Below are positions 45,103 through 57,018 of a DNA stretch of 64,000 nucleotides, in pieces. Origin of the DNA: the human T2T-CHM13v2.0 reference genome, Homo sapiens; the NCBI RefSeq assembly GCF_009914755.1, contig NC_060931.1. One strand, written 5' to 3'. How positions within the stretch are numbered: position 1 is the stretch's first letter; the number at the start of each line of letters is the position of its first letter. The position numbers and the translations under genes are program-made. Under the pieces are notes generated by a model. It saw only the letters and a program-made list of their open reading frames with translations. It made no database searches and had not been told where the DNA came from.

Positions 45103-48100
45103 GAATATATATTAAAATTCACTGTCAGAACAGACTATTAATTAAAGTGGTATTTAATCGTCCTTTTAGCATTGGAGCCCTATTTCAACTGGAAAGGAGT
45201 TTTGTGCATTGTATGAGAGAGAGAGAAACTAGACCACTAAAAGTGAAGTGTTGGGGCTGGGTAGAAATGAACACATTCTAAGTTTTGATGTCTGCCAAAT
45301 CACTGTGAGCCTTTGTTTCCCTTATCTGTAAAGGAAGGAAAAACATTCATTAAGTGTTTGATGACAGTGTCTTGGTAGGTAAAGAGTAAAGCAAGCAAGA
45401 TAATACTATACCTCATTTCTTTCCAGAAATTTACTCTTTAAGAGACAACGCTTAACCAGAAAGAGAAAACAGCAAGGAAAAGCATTAAATAAATGAGTTG
45501 GTTGGTTTGGATGTTGCTTTCTACCTGTTAAGTTTTGTGATTCTGTGACTGGGCAGTGCTTTTATAATATTTAGGGAATCTGAAGGCCTGGCATTTTGAA
45601 ATTTAAAAGTTTATGCAAAAAGTGAGTTTTACAGTATGTTGGAGAATTGCTGCTTATTTGCTTCAACTGGCTTTTAAAAGGCATTTGGCTCTTTAGGGTA
45701 ATGAACACTTGGCATGCATGAAGTAATATGTTTCTTACAGGAGAACCAAAGAACAGTTGTTTGCAGTCTTGTAGTGACATGGCAGAGGCAGGAGGCTGGG
45801 GACATGGGGATGATGATGCCATTCAAATTGCAAAGTGTTACTGATGCTGGTTCTGTTGAACACTGCTGGAATATTGAATATCTGGGCTACGAGCATTTTT
45901 CACTAGTAATTATTCACACCTCATTAAGATCAGACATCAGTTAATGTCTTTCTAGGTAGAGCAAAAAGTGAAATATTTATTGGTCAGTGAGTAAAGTCCT
46001 GGCATCTAGGTCAGTTAAGAAGATGAACCTCTCTTGGCAACTTGGGCTTTTGGTGATAGACAGTATGGTTGGCTGTGTAACATTCTTAAGACTAGTAACA
46101 GTCAGAACAAGTAGTTGTAGTCATATCATCTAATGTATAGAGAATAATTTCTAAAAATTACTCTTAGATGTATATGTTACATGTAGAAATCGCCATATTG
46201 CAGCAGTACAGGGTACTGTTTCATGGCCTGTTTGTGAAATAGCTTTGAAATGCCTATGATTAAGAGATGCTTAAAGTTAGGAGGACAGGAAGTAACTAAA
46301 TCCAAACCTGGAGGAGTGAAAGGCTCCAAAGGTGATTATGCTATTAACTAGTAATTTCTGTTTCCAAAAGTGACATTTCAAAGTAAAAGACAATTGTGAT
46401 TAACATTTTTATTTTATACTTTTTGTTTTAATAATTATAGTACTTATAATATCACATATTGCCAATATTTCCAGATCAAAGGCATATATAATTTGCTGTT
46501 ATAATTAAGCACATTTTCCCTAATATTTTTATCTTTGAAAAATGCAGTGACATTGTTCTACCCATGTCAGTTTGATGTGTACATTGATACTTATTTAGCA
46601 GAATATTATTCTCAGTGTTCACAGGTATGTGATATTTTTATACAGATGCATGTTTGTTCTTAATGAGCTAAAGCCTATGTAGACATTTTGAAAGATGTTA
46701 GTGATTAGACAGCCTAGCAAATAATGTTGTAGATCACATATTATTCATGCATGGGAGGAAATATAGACACCTTGTTGCATTTTTATGAAACACAGCCATT
46801 TTTCCCCCTATGCTCAGAATTATGAAAAAATATTGCTAGTTTTCAGTCTGCCTGACCTGTAAGGTCTGTGAAGTGCTGAGTGGTTGGTATACATAGATTT
46901 CAAACCCTGTATTTGAGTAACTTCTTTTGAATTAATATTATAAATGTTAAATGCTATAAACCTTCAAACCACCTAACTTTTGGAGATTAAAAAATTTCAT
47001 TCTAAACTTTTTTTACTTTTATATTTTCAAAATGTATGACATATGGCTAAACACCGATTGCAACTAACTGGGCGGTTTTATACTACTGAATAAAATGGAG
47101 AGCCAGTCAAGGTATCAACCCATGTATCTACGCACATTTCAGCAGTTTCTAAAGAGGTGAGGCATCCCAATCTAGTTAGCACAAAAGAATAGGCGGTTTC
47201 TCATGAGAAACAGTAGGGAAAACGGGAAATGTTAGTGAAAAACAGAGGAGAAACAGAAGATTTTTTATCTATTTACATATATAAAGAGATCACTTTATAT
47301 AGAAATCACTTAAAGAGATAGTTATTTTGTTATTTGTTGCTTCATAAGTATGGATTATAACTAGTTGGTTGTATGTTTAGAGAGATTCTACTCTACACAA
47401 TGAGAATTTTCAAATGAATAAGGCAGCAGAAATAGGAAAGCTTTTCTTGGGAGATAATATTTTTCATGGAAATGCTTAACCAGAAGTTGAAGTTATGATG
47501 CAGTTAACTGGTTGTTGAATTTCCAGGTCTACATTCTTTAAATCTCTGATTGTAAGCCTTCCTAATATACTGTGCAGCTTCAGAGCTCGGGGTAGATATG
47601 TTTCTTCCAATCTTGCTCATTTGAGTTACTTTTTTATACTTCAGCTTAATGCTGATGATTATCATTGGCAGAGTCAAGGAGTATAGTTGACTTCTGTGTC
47701 GCTTCAGCATTGACTTTCTTCTTTGGAACACAAAGAGACTCATGGAGGGGTTGTTAGACGAACGCCACCCCTCCCTACCATATAGTTGCTTCTGTCCTCT
47801 TTCTTTTTTTCTTCTCTGCTTTTGTTTTTGTATTTTTCTTTTTCCTTTTCATGTCCAGTAACTGGTACGTACGAGTATAACTTAACTCTTCCAGTGACTG
47901 TTAAAGGAAAAAGAAAACTAGCTTTCTTCTGTTGTAAAAGCTAATGTGGGACCAACGCTGTATTTCCAAATAAACCTAAAATCAGCATGACTTTGCTGCT
48001 GTGATTTTGACCTAGATTTAAGCTGATATTTTAGATGCAGGTTTTCGTCTCTTTATCAATTATTTTTTTTTATTATCGATTAACCTTATTAGCAGCTTAT

Positions 48101-49189
48101 ATATAAAAGACAGTAGAAAAGACTATTCAGAACAAAATGCTTGCATAATTTGTATGCTGCTTTTTATGTATTCTGAACATGTGTTCGTCTTTTGGACTGC
48201 AGTACCCAAAATGTGCTTATTCAGCATTTGACGAAATATGTTTATGTCCAGCCACAGGGCCATTTACATCTGATTTTGAAATCTGAATTGATAATGTAAT
48301 TTGGTGTTAAAAATAACATAGGCATACCTAGGGGGAAAATACAGTCTCTCCCTTTAATAACGTATATTCCTTTGAGTGTTGGCTATGCATTGTTTCCTTG
48401 TATGATTTGGAAAATTATTTTATCATTCCCCTTGCTCCTCAGAAAACAGAAAGACACACACACCCCCTCTTTCCGATTTGTTCTGTTTCTGTTTTGCATT
48501 CTTTGTTACTGGGTCTGCTATATAATACCAAAGACTCTTCTTTGGTCATAAGTGTCATTTGAACATTTGATCATTAATATTGCCTACTGTGTTTTTAAAA
48601 AATGTGTCATACTGCCTGTGAAGTATTTTTCATTTCATGGTCATGAAATCTTTTTTATTTTCCTTTTGTAGTTAAACAAAAATAGGCCCCAAAATAAGCA
48701 ATGCTATTTTCTCAGGACTTTATTATTTATTAACCGAGAAAGGAAACTTCTTTGATTCAGCAAGATAAGTGAGAAGAGCCAGCTAGAAAGGAGAAGAAGG
48801 TGGAAGCATCATAAAGGAAGTTTTAGTTTTTAATTACCTTAATTTCATTTTTTGGTAAGAGTAGTGGTTATGAACCTGGGAAGTGCTGGGTCTGACTTTC
48901 TTGTTGCACTTGAAATAATTGCTGGAATGTTTGATGTTTTTATGTTGTTTTTATTAGTTGTGAAAGAATAGTAATTTTGACAATTGCTATTTTTAAACTC
49001 AATGAGCATTCTTCAAAGTCCATTTCTGTAAAATACCACATTGTAAATACATGAGAAAGTATTCAATAATGTCAAGAAGAAAAAAAAACTAACACTAACA
49101 AGTTTCTAGGGTATCACTCTTTAGTGAAGGAATATGGAAGTATGTTACTTAATTGGACTCTGTAAATTCAGAATCTCTAAATTTTAAAA

Positions 49190-49540
49190 ATCTTTTAAAA
49201 TTTTTATTGAGCTATACATATATACATTCAAATGTATAAATCTGTACACATATTTTTAAATATTTGTATATTTATATGAATTTTTACATGTGTATACATA
49301 AGTGTAACCATGACCCAAATCAAGATATTAGACATCGACATAGATCATTTTCAGTACCCTAGAAGACTTGCTTATATTGACAGTCAATCCCTTTCCCTGA
49401 GAGATAACCATTATTGTGAATTCTATCCCTACAGATAGATTGGTTTTGCCTATGGTTTAACTTCATATAAATGGAATCATATAGTATGTCCTCTTTGGTG
49501 CCTGACATTTGTGTGACATGATGTCTATGTTGGTCATCCA
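49190..49540 (-). mobile_element. L1M 3' fragment
   Basis: tttttattgagctata...gtgtaaccatgacccaaatcaagatat...cttcatataaatggaatcatatagtatgt. Confidence 0.8.
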
Positions 49541-50046
49541 TAGACTAACAATGATTTCTTTATGTTAGTCATTGTGTCAGTATACTACTGAAATGAGCAA
49601 TTATAAAATATAATATTTAATCATTAATTTGGAATAAAAGAACTTTCAGAATCCTGTGATCCTAAAAACTGTTCACAATTTAAACTTCTTCTAAACAGCT
49701 TTCCAAGAAATCTTTTGATTTCCTATCTTGTGGGGCCAAGGAGGTTCTCAGGGCAGTAAGAGATCTTGCGGTGGAGCAGTGTCCAGCAGAGCAGTGAGCC
49801 AGCATAGCTGGAAGCCACATTCTCTTCATGATGAATGTAGACTGTTTCCTACAGCTTTGGTAGTAAAAGCTAGCGGAGCAAAAATTAGTTGACATGTTTC
49901 CTAGACTTTGGGTTTTCTGATCAGTCAGTGAAAAGATAATTGGCAATTAACATGAGTTGCTACTTTTATTAAAGAAAAGGGATTTTTCTTAGAATTAAGA
50001 TCCATCCTTTTTAAGGAAAGATAATTGGCAACTTAAAATCGACATT

Positions 50047-50191
50047 CTCTCTCTCTCTTTTTTTTTTTTAAGAGAGAGGATCTTGCTGTGTTGCCCAGGC
50101 TGGAGTGCAGTGGCTGTTCAGAGGTGCAGTAATAGCACACTGCAGAATGCCTGGGCTCAAGCGATCCTCCCACCTTAGCCTCCATACCTGG
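50047..50191 (-). mobile_element. FLAM/AluJ monomer fragment
   Basis: tcttgctgtgttgcccaggctggagtgcagtggct...ctgggctcaagcgatcctcccacc. Confidence 0.85.
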
Positions 50192-50611
50192 CGTAAGTCA
50201 ATGTTCTTAAGCCAACATTAATATGTAGGCTAGTTTTTGGAGACAGTAAATTCAGTCAAGGAGGGAGGAGAGAAGCTTGACATGAGGGATTAGCCAAGAA
50301 CCAGATGCAGAATTATCACAGGAAGCCATGAGCAGGTATGGACCCAATTGAGAGACCCTAACATAGTTGTAGTGAGTTGGGAATTTACTTTTATTGATTG
50401 TAAATCACATCCTTCTGGTCCCTAACAGGCAGTCACTAAAAATGTTTTGAGTAAATGAGCAAATGAATTGAAGGTAAAAGTGATGGGGGCAGTTTTAAAT
50501 GTATAAGGCAAATTGGATGGATATTGAATATTCTTTCAGTATGTCTACAGTACCTTTCATTGTAATTCTTGAATATTAAAAGATACTTTTTAAATCTCTA
50601 CACTGTCCTGA

Positions 50612-50671
50612 GCACACATATATATATATAGATACACACACATACATATACGTACATACAAACACACACAC
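50612..50671. repeat. Mixed (CA)/(TA) microsatellite
   Basis: Seen directly. Confidence 0.85.
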
Positions 50672-52309
50672 TCATTGCCTTCACTTTAGCTAGTTGATTA
50701 TTAGAATATATTCTGTACAGTCACATTTGTTCCAGCCACTTTGTTTTTGAAGTTTTAGTACATCTGCAGCCTCTCCTGGTGGCTGCCAGTATCGCTGTCA
50801 CCTGCAATGCTTTGCCAACCACCTGAAGCTCTCTTACTCTGTCCAGTGTGCTGAAGGTGCTGGCATCCATCAATATCTTTTTTGCATATTCTATTTAGTT
50901 TTGCTTTTTGCATCTGTGAAAAATAGTAGAACATCTTCTCAATGTAAGAGTGGAAATAAGAATAGTAAAGAAAATTGTACAAAAATAGGCCACTAAATTC
51001 ATTCTTTAGCATGAAATTAGAAATGCTGAACAGGTTCGATAGAGGTGCATCAATGCTCAGAAATGCATCTAAGTGAATCTACAGCTCTTTCTTACTTTGA
51101 AGCTTTTAAGAAAATTGATACGAGGATTTCACTGAAGATTAAAAAGAAACCAACATCCTTCTCTGAACGTTGGAGGTCTGTCTGCTTTATAAGCCTCAAC
51201 TCATTATATTTTCTTTTTTACATGTTTTTGATTGACATGTTGATTTTAAAAATGCAACTTCAACATTCAGTGGGAGTTGACAGTATTTAAACTGAATTTT
51301 GGGGCAAAATTCTTCAATATAGTCATATTTTTCTGTTATTTTTAATTCATTCTTTTTTTTCCAGCAAATACTCGCTGAGTGCTTACTATATACCAGACAC
51401 TGTCCTTGGCTTTGTGGAAGCTGTGTTCCTAATGAGGGTATTGTGGTAATTTGAGAATAAGAGAAAATCTATGATAAAGGAGTCCCTCATTCCACTAATG
51501 CTAAATTTCTTCCAGTTTCCTTTTTTACACGTAGAAGATTATCTGTTGTAGAGGCACAGCTCTTTTCATGCCATTTCTTTTTCAGAGGCAGTTTCACCTC
51601 TGATCTTCATCCTATTTCCCTCCATCCCCTTTGGGATCCAGATCAAAAAATCTTGAAGTTCTACTTAGAAGATCCTTGTCCCTCTTACCCCACACGTCTA
51701 GTGTTGCTAGTTTCTACCAGTCCTGCTTTATAAATATGTCTCAAATTTATCCATTCCCTGCTTTTGATACTTGTTGCCATTGCTTTAGTCGCTCAGTTTC
51801 CTAACTGGTTTCTGCTACTCCAAACCTAAACTTCTTTAATCCATCTTCTACACTACTTCCGGAGTGATCATGTCACTCCCCTCCTTCTTTGTGATTTCTT
51901 ATCCTCAGCCCTTGAAGTGGAATTCCTTGTTGTAGAATAGAAGGCCTGACTTTCTGACTTTATGCACACTGATCTCAGGCCCCCTTGTACACTTCAAAGC
52001 CACGAATCCTTCCTTTTTCCAGGTCTGTCATGCTATTTTCAAAATTTTTTTCTTTCTACCAAAAATGCATCTACCAACACTGACCTTTGACCTCCTTCAT
52101 TATCTGAAAGACATTTTATCCTTCAAGAATCAGCGCATGTATCCCCTTTTCTTCCAACTTTTTCCTGTGCCTGCTCTTACTCACCCTTACATAATGTAAG
52201 TGGATTGCTGTCTGCTTTTAAAAAATTATTGTGATTTTGCCATATTTTTATTATAGCACCTGGCACATTGTCTGGAGATGACTCAAAAGAGAACACAGGT
52301 GTTATTTGA

Positions 52310-52710
52310 TGTATTAGTCAGGGTTCTCTAGAACCTCACACAATCACAAGGTCCCACAATAGGCTGAGGGACCCACAATAGCCTGCAGGCTGGGGAGCAA
52401 GAAGAGCCAGTCCAAGTTCCAAAACTGAAGAGCTTAGAGTCCAACGTTTGAGGGCAGGAAGTATCTAGCATGGGAGAAGATGTAGGCTGGAAGGCTAGGT
52501 CAGTCTCTCTTTTCACATTTTTCTGCCTGCTTTATTCTAGCCACACTAGCAGCTGATTAGAATGTGCCCACCCAAAATAAGGGTGGGTCTGCCTTTCCCA
52601 GCCCACTGACTCAAATGTTAATCTTTGGTAACACCCTCACAGACACACGCACAATCCGTACTTTGTATCTTTCAATCCAGTCAAGTTGACACTCAGTATT
52701 AACCATCCCA
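52310..52710 (-). mobile_element. MLT2A (MLT2A2-like) LTR, the 3' LTR of a HERV-L, internally shortened
   Basis: Ends tgtattagtcagggttctctaga and gttgacactcagtattaaccatccca; directly adjacent polypurine tract (reverse complement gacaaggggtggact). Confidence 0.9.
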
Positions 52711-53613
52711 AGTCCACCCCTTGTCAACTTGAACCCATACACATCTCCTGAGATCATACATAATCTTAAAATAAAGACAATAATAAGGTCAAAATTACGC
52801 CTAACATAATACAACTATCCTTTGTACAACCAGAAACACACCAATCCTCAGCCCAAATGCTGCTACATAAAGTTAACAATACTTAAATGCTGATATGAAG
52901 TCAATAAATCTTATGTCACATGATGAAGGAAAAAGGAAATAAAATGAAGAAACTTTCTTAATGCAAGTGTATACATACACAAACATGTTTTTAACAAAAG
53001 AAGGAGGAAATACTCATGATAATTACAGTCCTCATTTCTGTAACTGGTCACGTGGTCATGGCTGGTATTGATGACTACTTCCTCTACTGATCATTTTCCT
53101 TTCCCCAATGTACAGTTACCGTGGTAAAAGGCCAGAGGTCTCCTTGGGGAAGGATGGGAGAAAGATTCACTGCATAAATTGTCAGTAATGCGGTAGGCTT
53201 CTTCCTCAAGGGGACCCGGCCTCCCGTTCATTCAAGGAGTTCTGGGTCTGTAAACTGGCTCAAGTCTGAAAATTGATTGAGGGGCTTTGATTCTCTGTTT
53301 TTATAATTCAAATTAGTCTTTTGTCCATTTGACCTAGAAGTTTTCTGCTTATATAAATTAAGTAGGTATGCAGTAGGCTTCCTATCAATTTCACTTTTAG
53401 GAATGCTGTGATTAATTAGCCAATGCCAGAGCTCTACAGAAGTCAGACTATTCTGATTGCTGCTCTGCCCTTGCTGTCCATTACGGTAGCTATGCCTACT
53501 TTGCGTTTGATGGTTGAGTGCCATCACTTGACCCCTGCCATCTTGGGATGCAGTTATTCCCATTGTATTTAAATTTTGTAGTTGAATGACTGTGGTTCCC
53601 ATGGTTAGATCTG
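52711..53613 (-). mobile_element. HERV-L internal remnant: gag C-terminal half and start of protease fused by deletion to the 3' end
   Basis: ORF 53228-53686(-) contains GRGQVMALNHQ...LWHWLINH...LNQFSDLSQFTDPE (ERV-L Gag), then PQGDLWPFTTVTVHWGKEND, then jumps at about 53088 to the 3' end of the provirus. Confidence 0.88.
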
Positions 53614-54224
53614 TTATAACTTTATTACTATGATTATGATGTTTACTTGAATATGTAAAGTATATAATAGCATTAATAGCTAACATTTAAGTACAGTTTG
53701 CAAAATATGTGAAAATACATTGTCTTTTTTGGTCCTCATACCAACCCTAAGAAATAGTTTGAAGGAGTCATATTATTTCTGTTTTATAGTTGAGGCTTGG
53801 ACAGTTTCTTGTTTAAAGTGACATGGTATTAGAGACAAAACTTAAAACCCGTGAATCTGATTCTAAATCTTGTGTTTTCTGCACTTTGTTGGATCTGGTG
53901 CCTGGGCATGAAGAGAGCCATTCCCAGGTACTCCATGGGATGTACCACAAGGTGATTCAGGGATTCAGGCCACCTCCATTTGGTGGCCCCCCTCACGCCT
54001 AGGCCCTCAGAATCTTTTCATTTAGTAAGTGCATGAGAAAGATGGGATTGTAGAACTCTCTTTTAAGCATCATTTCCTTCATTTTTCTGTATTCTTCCTG
54101 TGGTGCAAACTATTTAAAGTTTTGTGAGCCACAGTGCTCAGCCATAGCTGTATCCCCTTTGCATCTTTGTATGTGTTTTCTTTCTCTCTACTCGATGCCC
54201 TTTTCCTCCTCCTTCACCTGGTGA

Positions 54225-54580
<356 letters not shown>

Positions 54581-56529
54581 CTCTATCACCTCTCTTATTC
54601 CTCCTCTTCTCTCAGTGGTCCCTTTCCTTTTCCTCTGTGCCCTTGTGGGACCTAGCAGGTTATTTCCTGAGTATTTGTTCTCCCTCATAAAGAAGATGCT
54701 AGGGACCATTTTTTGATTGGCTTTGCATAACTAGAACTTGAATGATTTTTAGCACACACTAGATTCTCAGTAAATATTTGGTGATTTTTATTTGGTAATG
54801 TGATTTTTTTATGGAAATTAAGGTCATATAGTTCTCTGTCAGAACCAGGATATCAAGAACAGGGTTGTTAGGAATTCACACAGTTCATCGTTCAGGTTTT
54901 GTGCTCCTGTGTACCTTTGGACCATTGCCCCCTAAAATAGATTTTCATCCAATGTTTCTTCTTGGAGTTGCTTTTGATATCCAAATAGACAAATTACAAA
55001 TATGCACTTCCAAATGTATTTTGTGGTAAAGTTATGTAAAGAGGACTAGTTTTTATTTAGGTAATTGTAAAGATGAGGCTGAAGCAGATAAAGAAGGTCT
55101 TTTGTTTTGCAATCTTTATTGCTTTATGTTAGCTGGCAGGCTGCCTGTGTTTGATTAAAAATGATAGTCTGTAAACTCCTTAAGTTAGACCATTAATTTC
55201 CCATGACAGCACACGAAGCTTCTCCTCTCCTCCTCTCCCCAAACAGCATACATATCAGAGGAGCCTCCTATGTGAGACATTTGTTTAACGTTGCCTGTCA
55301 GAAAAGGTGCTACAACAAGTCAGTCAGGTTTGGAGTTTGCAAACATACTTCCACCTTACTGAACATCACAAAGGCTGTCAAAAATTTCATGTCCTTATAT
55401 TTTTTCTTCTTTCCAGAAGAAAAACCATTACAGATGTAAATGTTAGAGAAATTTTGTCATACACTTTGGAGCTTCTCCAAGAAGTATTTTTCATAGCTTG
55501 GAAAAGAGGAAGGAGGCCTCTGCTGACACATTTGCAATCTTTCCAGTAGTTTGTGTGAACTTTATAGTTTACTACCCTACAAGAGGCTAGATATTTTTTC
55601 TTCTAAATACTACTTATATCTCATTTTCTTTTTTTTTCTTGCTTTCTCTGAAAATGAAAGTGTAAGCTTTTTCAAATGGCCTTGATATTTCTAAAATTTC
55701 TGTTTATTTTTCCTTTTACTTTCTTCTCAGTCTTCTAGATGCTTTCCACCAAACCCACTTCTGGGAATTATCCACATGTGTACTTACTTGGGAGTTTGAT
55801 GAAATATATGTATGTGTGGTATGCATATTTCTGATATTATTTTATTTGATGGATGTTGAATAACTACTAAGAGAGAAACCAGTTGCTCTTCAAAATATAA
55901 TTAGCAACACCAGGCCTGGAGAAGTTTACATTTGGTTGTGACAAAGTTAGTAGTATGCCCTCTGCAAAGAAGAGAAGGGGAAGATGGATGCATTTCTAAT
56001 GCAATCAGGAAACCCCTCTATAATTTAAATATATTAGCATATCCTAAGAAACCCAGGTATTTGAATGTTCCTAAGACAGCTCGAAGCCTTTCCTAAACAA
56101 GCATGATTAAATTACTTGGAGCACATTGAAACAGCACACATGGCCCTTAATGGATCAGCATTATCAATATGCATTTTCACGGCCAACTCCAGGAAAGCCA
56201 TCACTAAAGCCATAAGGAGTCAAATTACCGATGCAGTCCTAATGATTTTGCTTGCATTGCTCACATCCAGTTTGCCACTAAATGTTTGACGGCACGCAAA
56301 CACTGAATTTCGCAAACATTAGTGTCATTTCCTACTTGTCCCTAGAAATAGTAATGAGCATACATCTTGAATCCTCTTATTTTGGATCATATACAAGAAA
56401 GTAAAAGTTTTCAAATATTCTGAAGTCTGGGCATGTTAGGATAATATGACATGGAACTAATTATGTAAGGGTACATTCTGAGTCATTTGAAATTTGCGTA
56501 TGTATTGCAAAGGTCACAATCAACTCAAA

Positions 56530-56790
56530 TAAATAATAATAAGAGCTAAAATGATTGAGCCCTAGTGATGAGCTCAGCTATGTTATCAACACTTTGCATG
56601 TAGTATCTAATTTAGTATTCCTAGCAACTCTGTGTGGTAGGAAATAGTATCACCCCCGTTTTATAGCTAAGGAACCTGAGGCATGGAGAGATGAAGTAGC
56701 TTGACAAAGACCAGGCTATTGTAAATGGGTGGCTAGGATCAAACCTAGACAGAAGGACCCTAGAGCCCCAACTCTTACCTCCAACTCTAT
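56530..56790. mobile_element. MIR
   Basis: cacccccgttttatagctaaggaacctgaggcatggagagatgaagtagcttg core. Confidence 0.8.
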
Positions 56791-56850
56791 GCCTCAGGTG
56801 TGTGCCTCCATTTAAAACCCTTACCAGAGGAGGCTCAAAGGCTCGAGGAC

Positions 56851-57018
56851 TCTTCCATAGTGGCTCTCATTAGGCTGTTTGACTCTGATAATCCAGTCAA
56901 ACAGTTTATCTACAGTCAAACAGAGAGTAGATAATCCACTCTGATAATCCACAGTCAAACAGATAATCCAGTTTGACTCTGGATTATCAAACAGCCTAAT
57001 TAGAGCCATCATGGAAGA
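56851..57018. repeat. Quasi-palindrome: 32-bp inverted arms around a mosaic of GATAATCCA and GTCAAACAG units
   Basis: Arms 56851-56882 and 56987-57018 are reverse complements at 29/32 positions; inner units read directly. Confidence 0.93.

Noticed and set aside
50766-53990. CTCF-like strings at about 50768-50788 and 53968-53988 (the latter also a 7-bp inverted repeat)
   Set aside because: Several mismatches to the core motif; not supportable without PWM scoring or ChIP data.
56875-56994. Repeat-spacer appearance suggesting a CRISPR-like array
   Set aside because: Units are 9 bp, irregularly spaced and in both orientations; there are no unique spacers or cas genes, and the context is eukaryotic.
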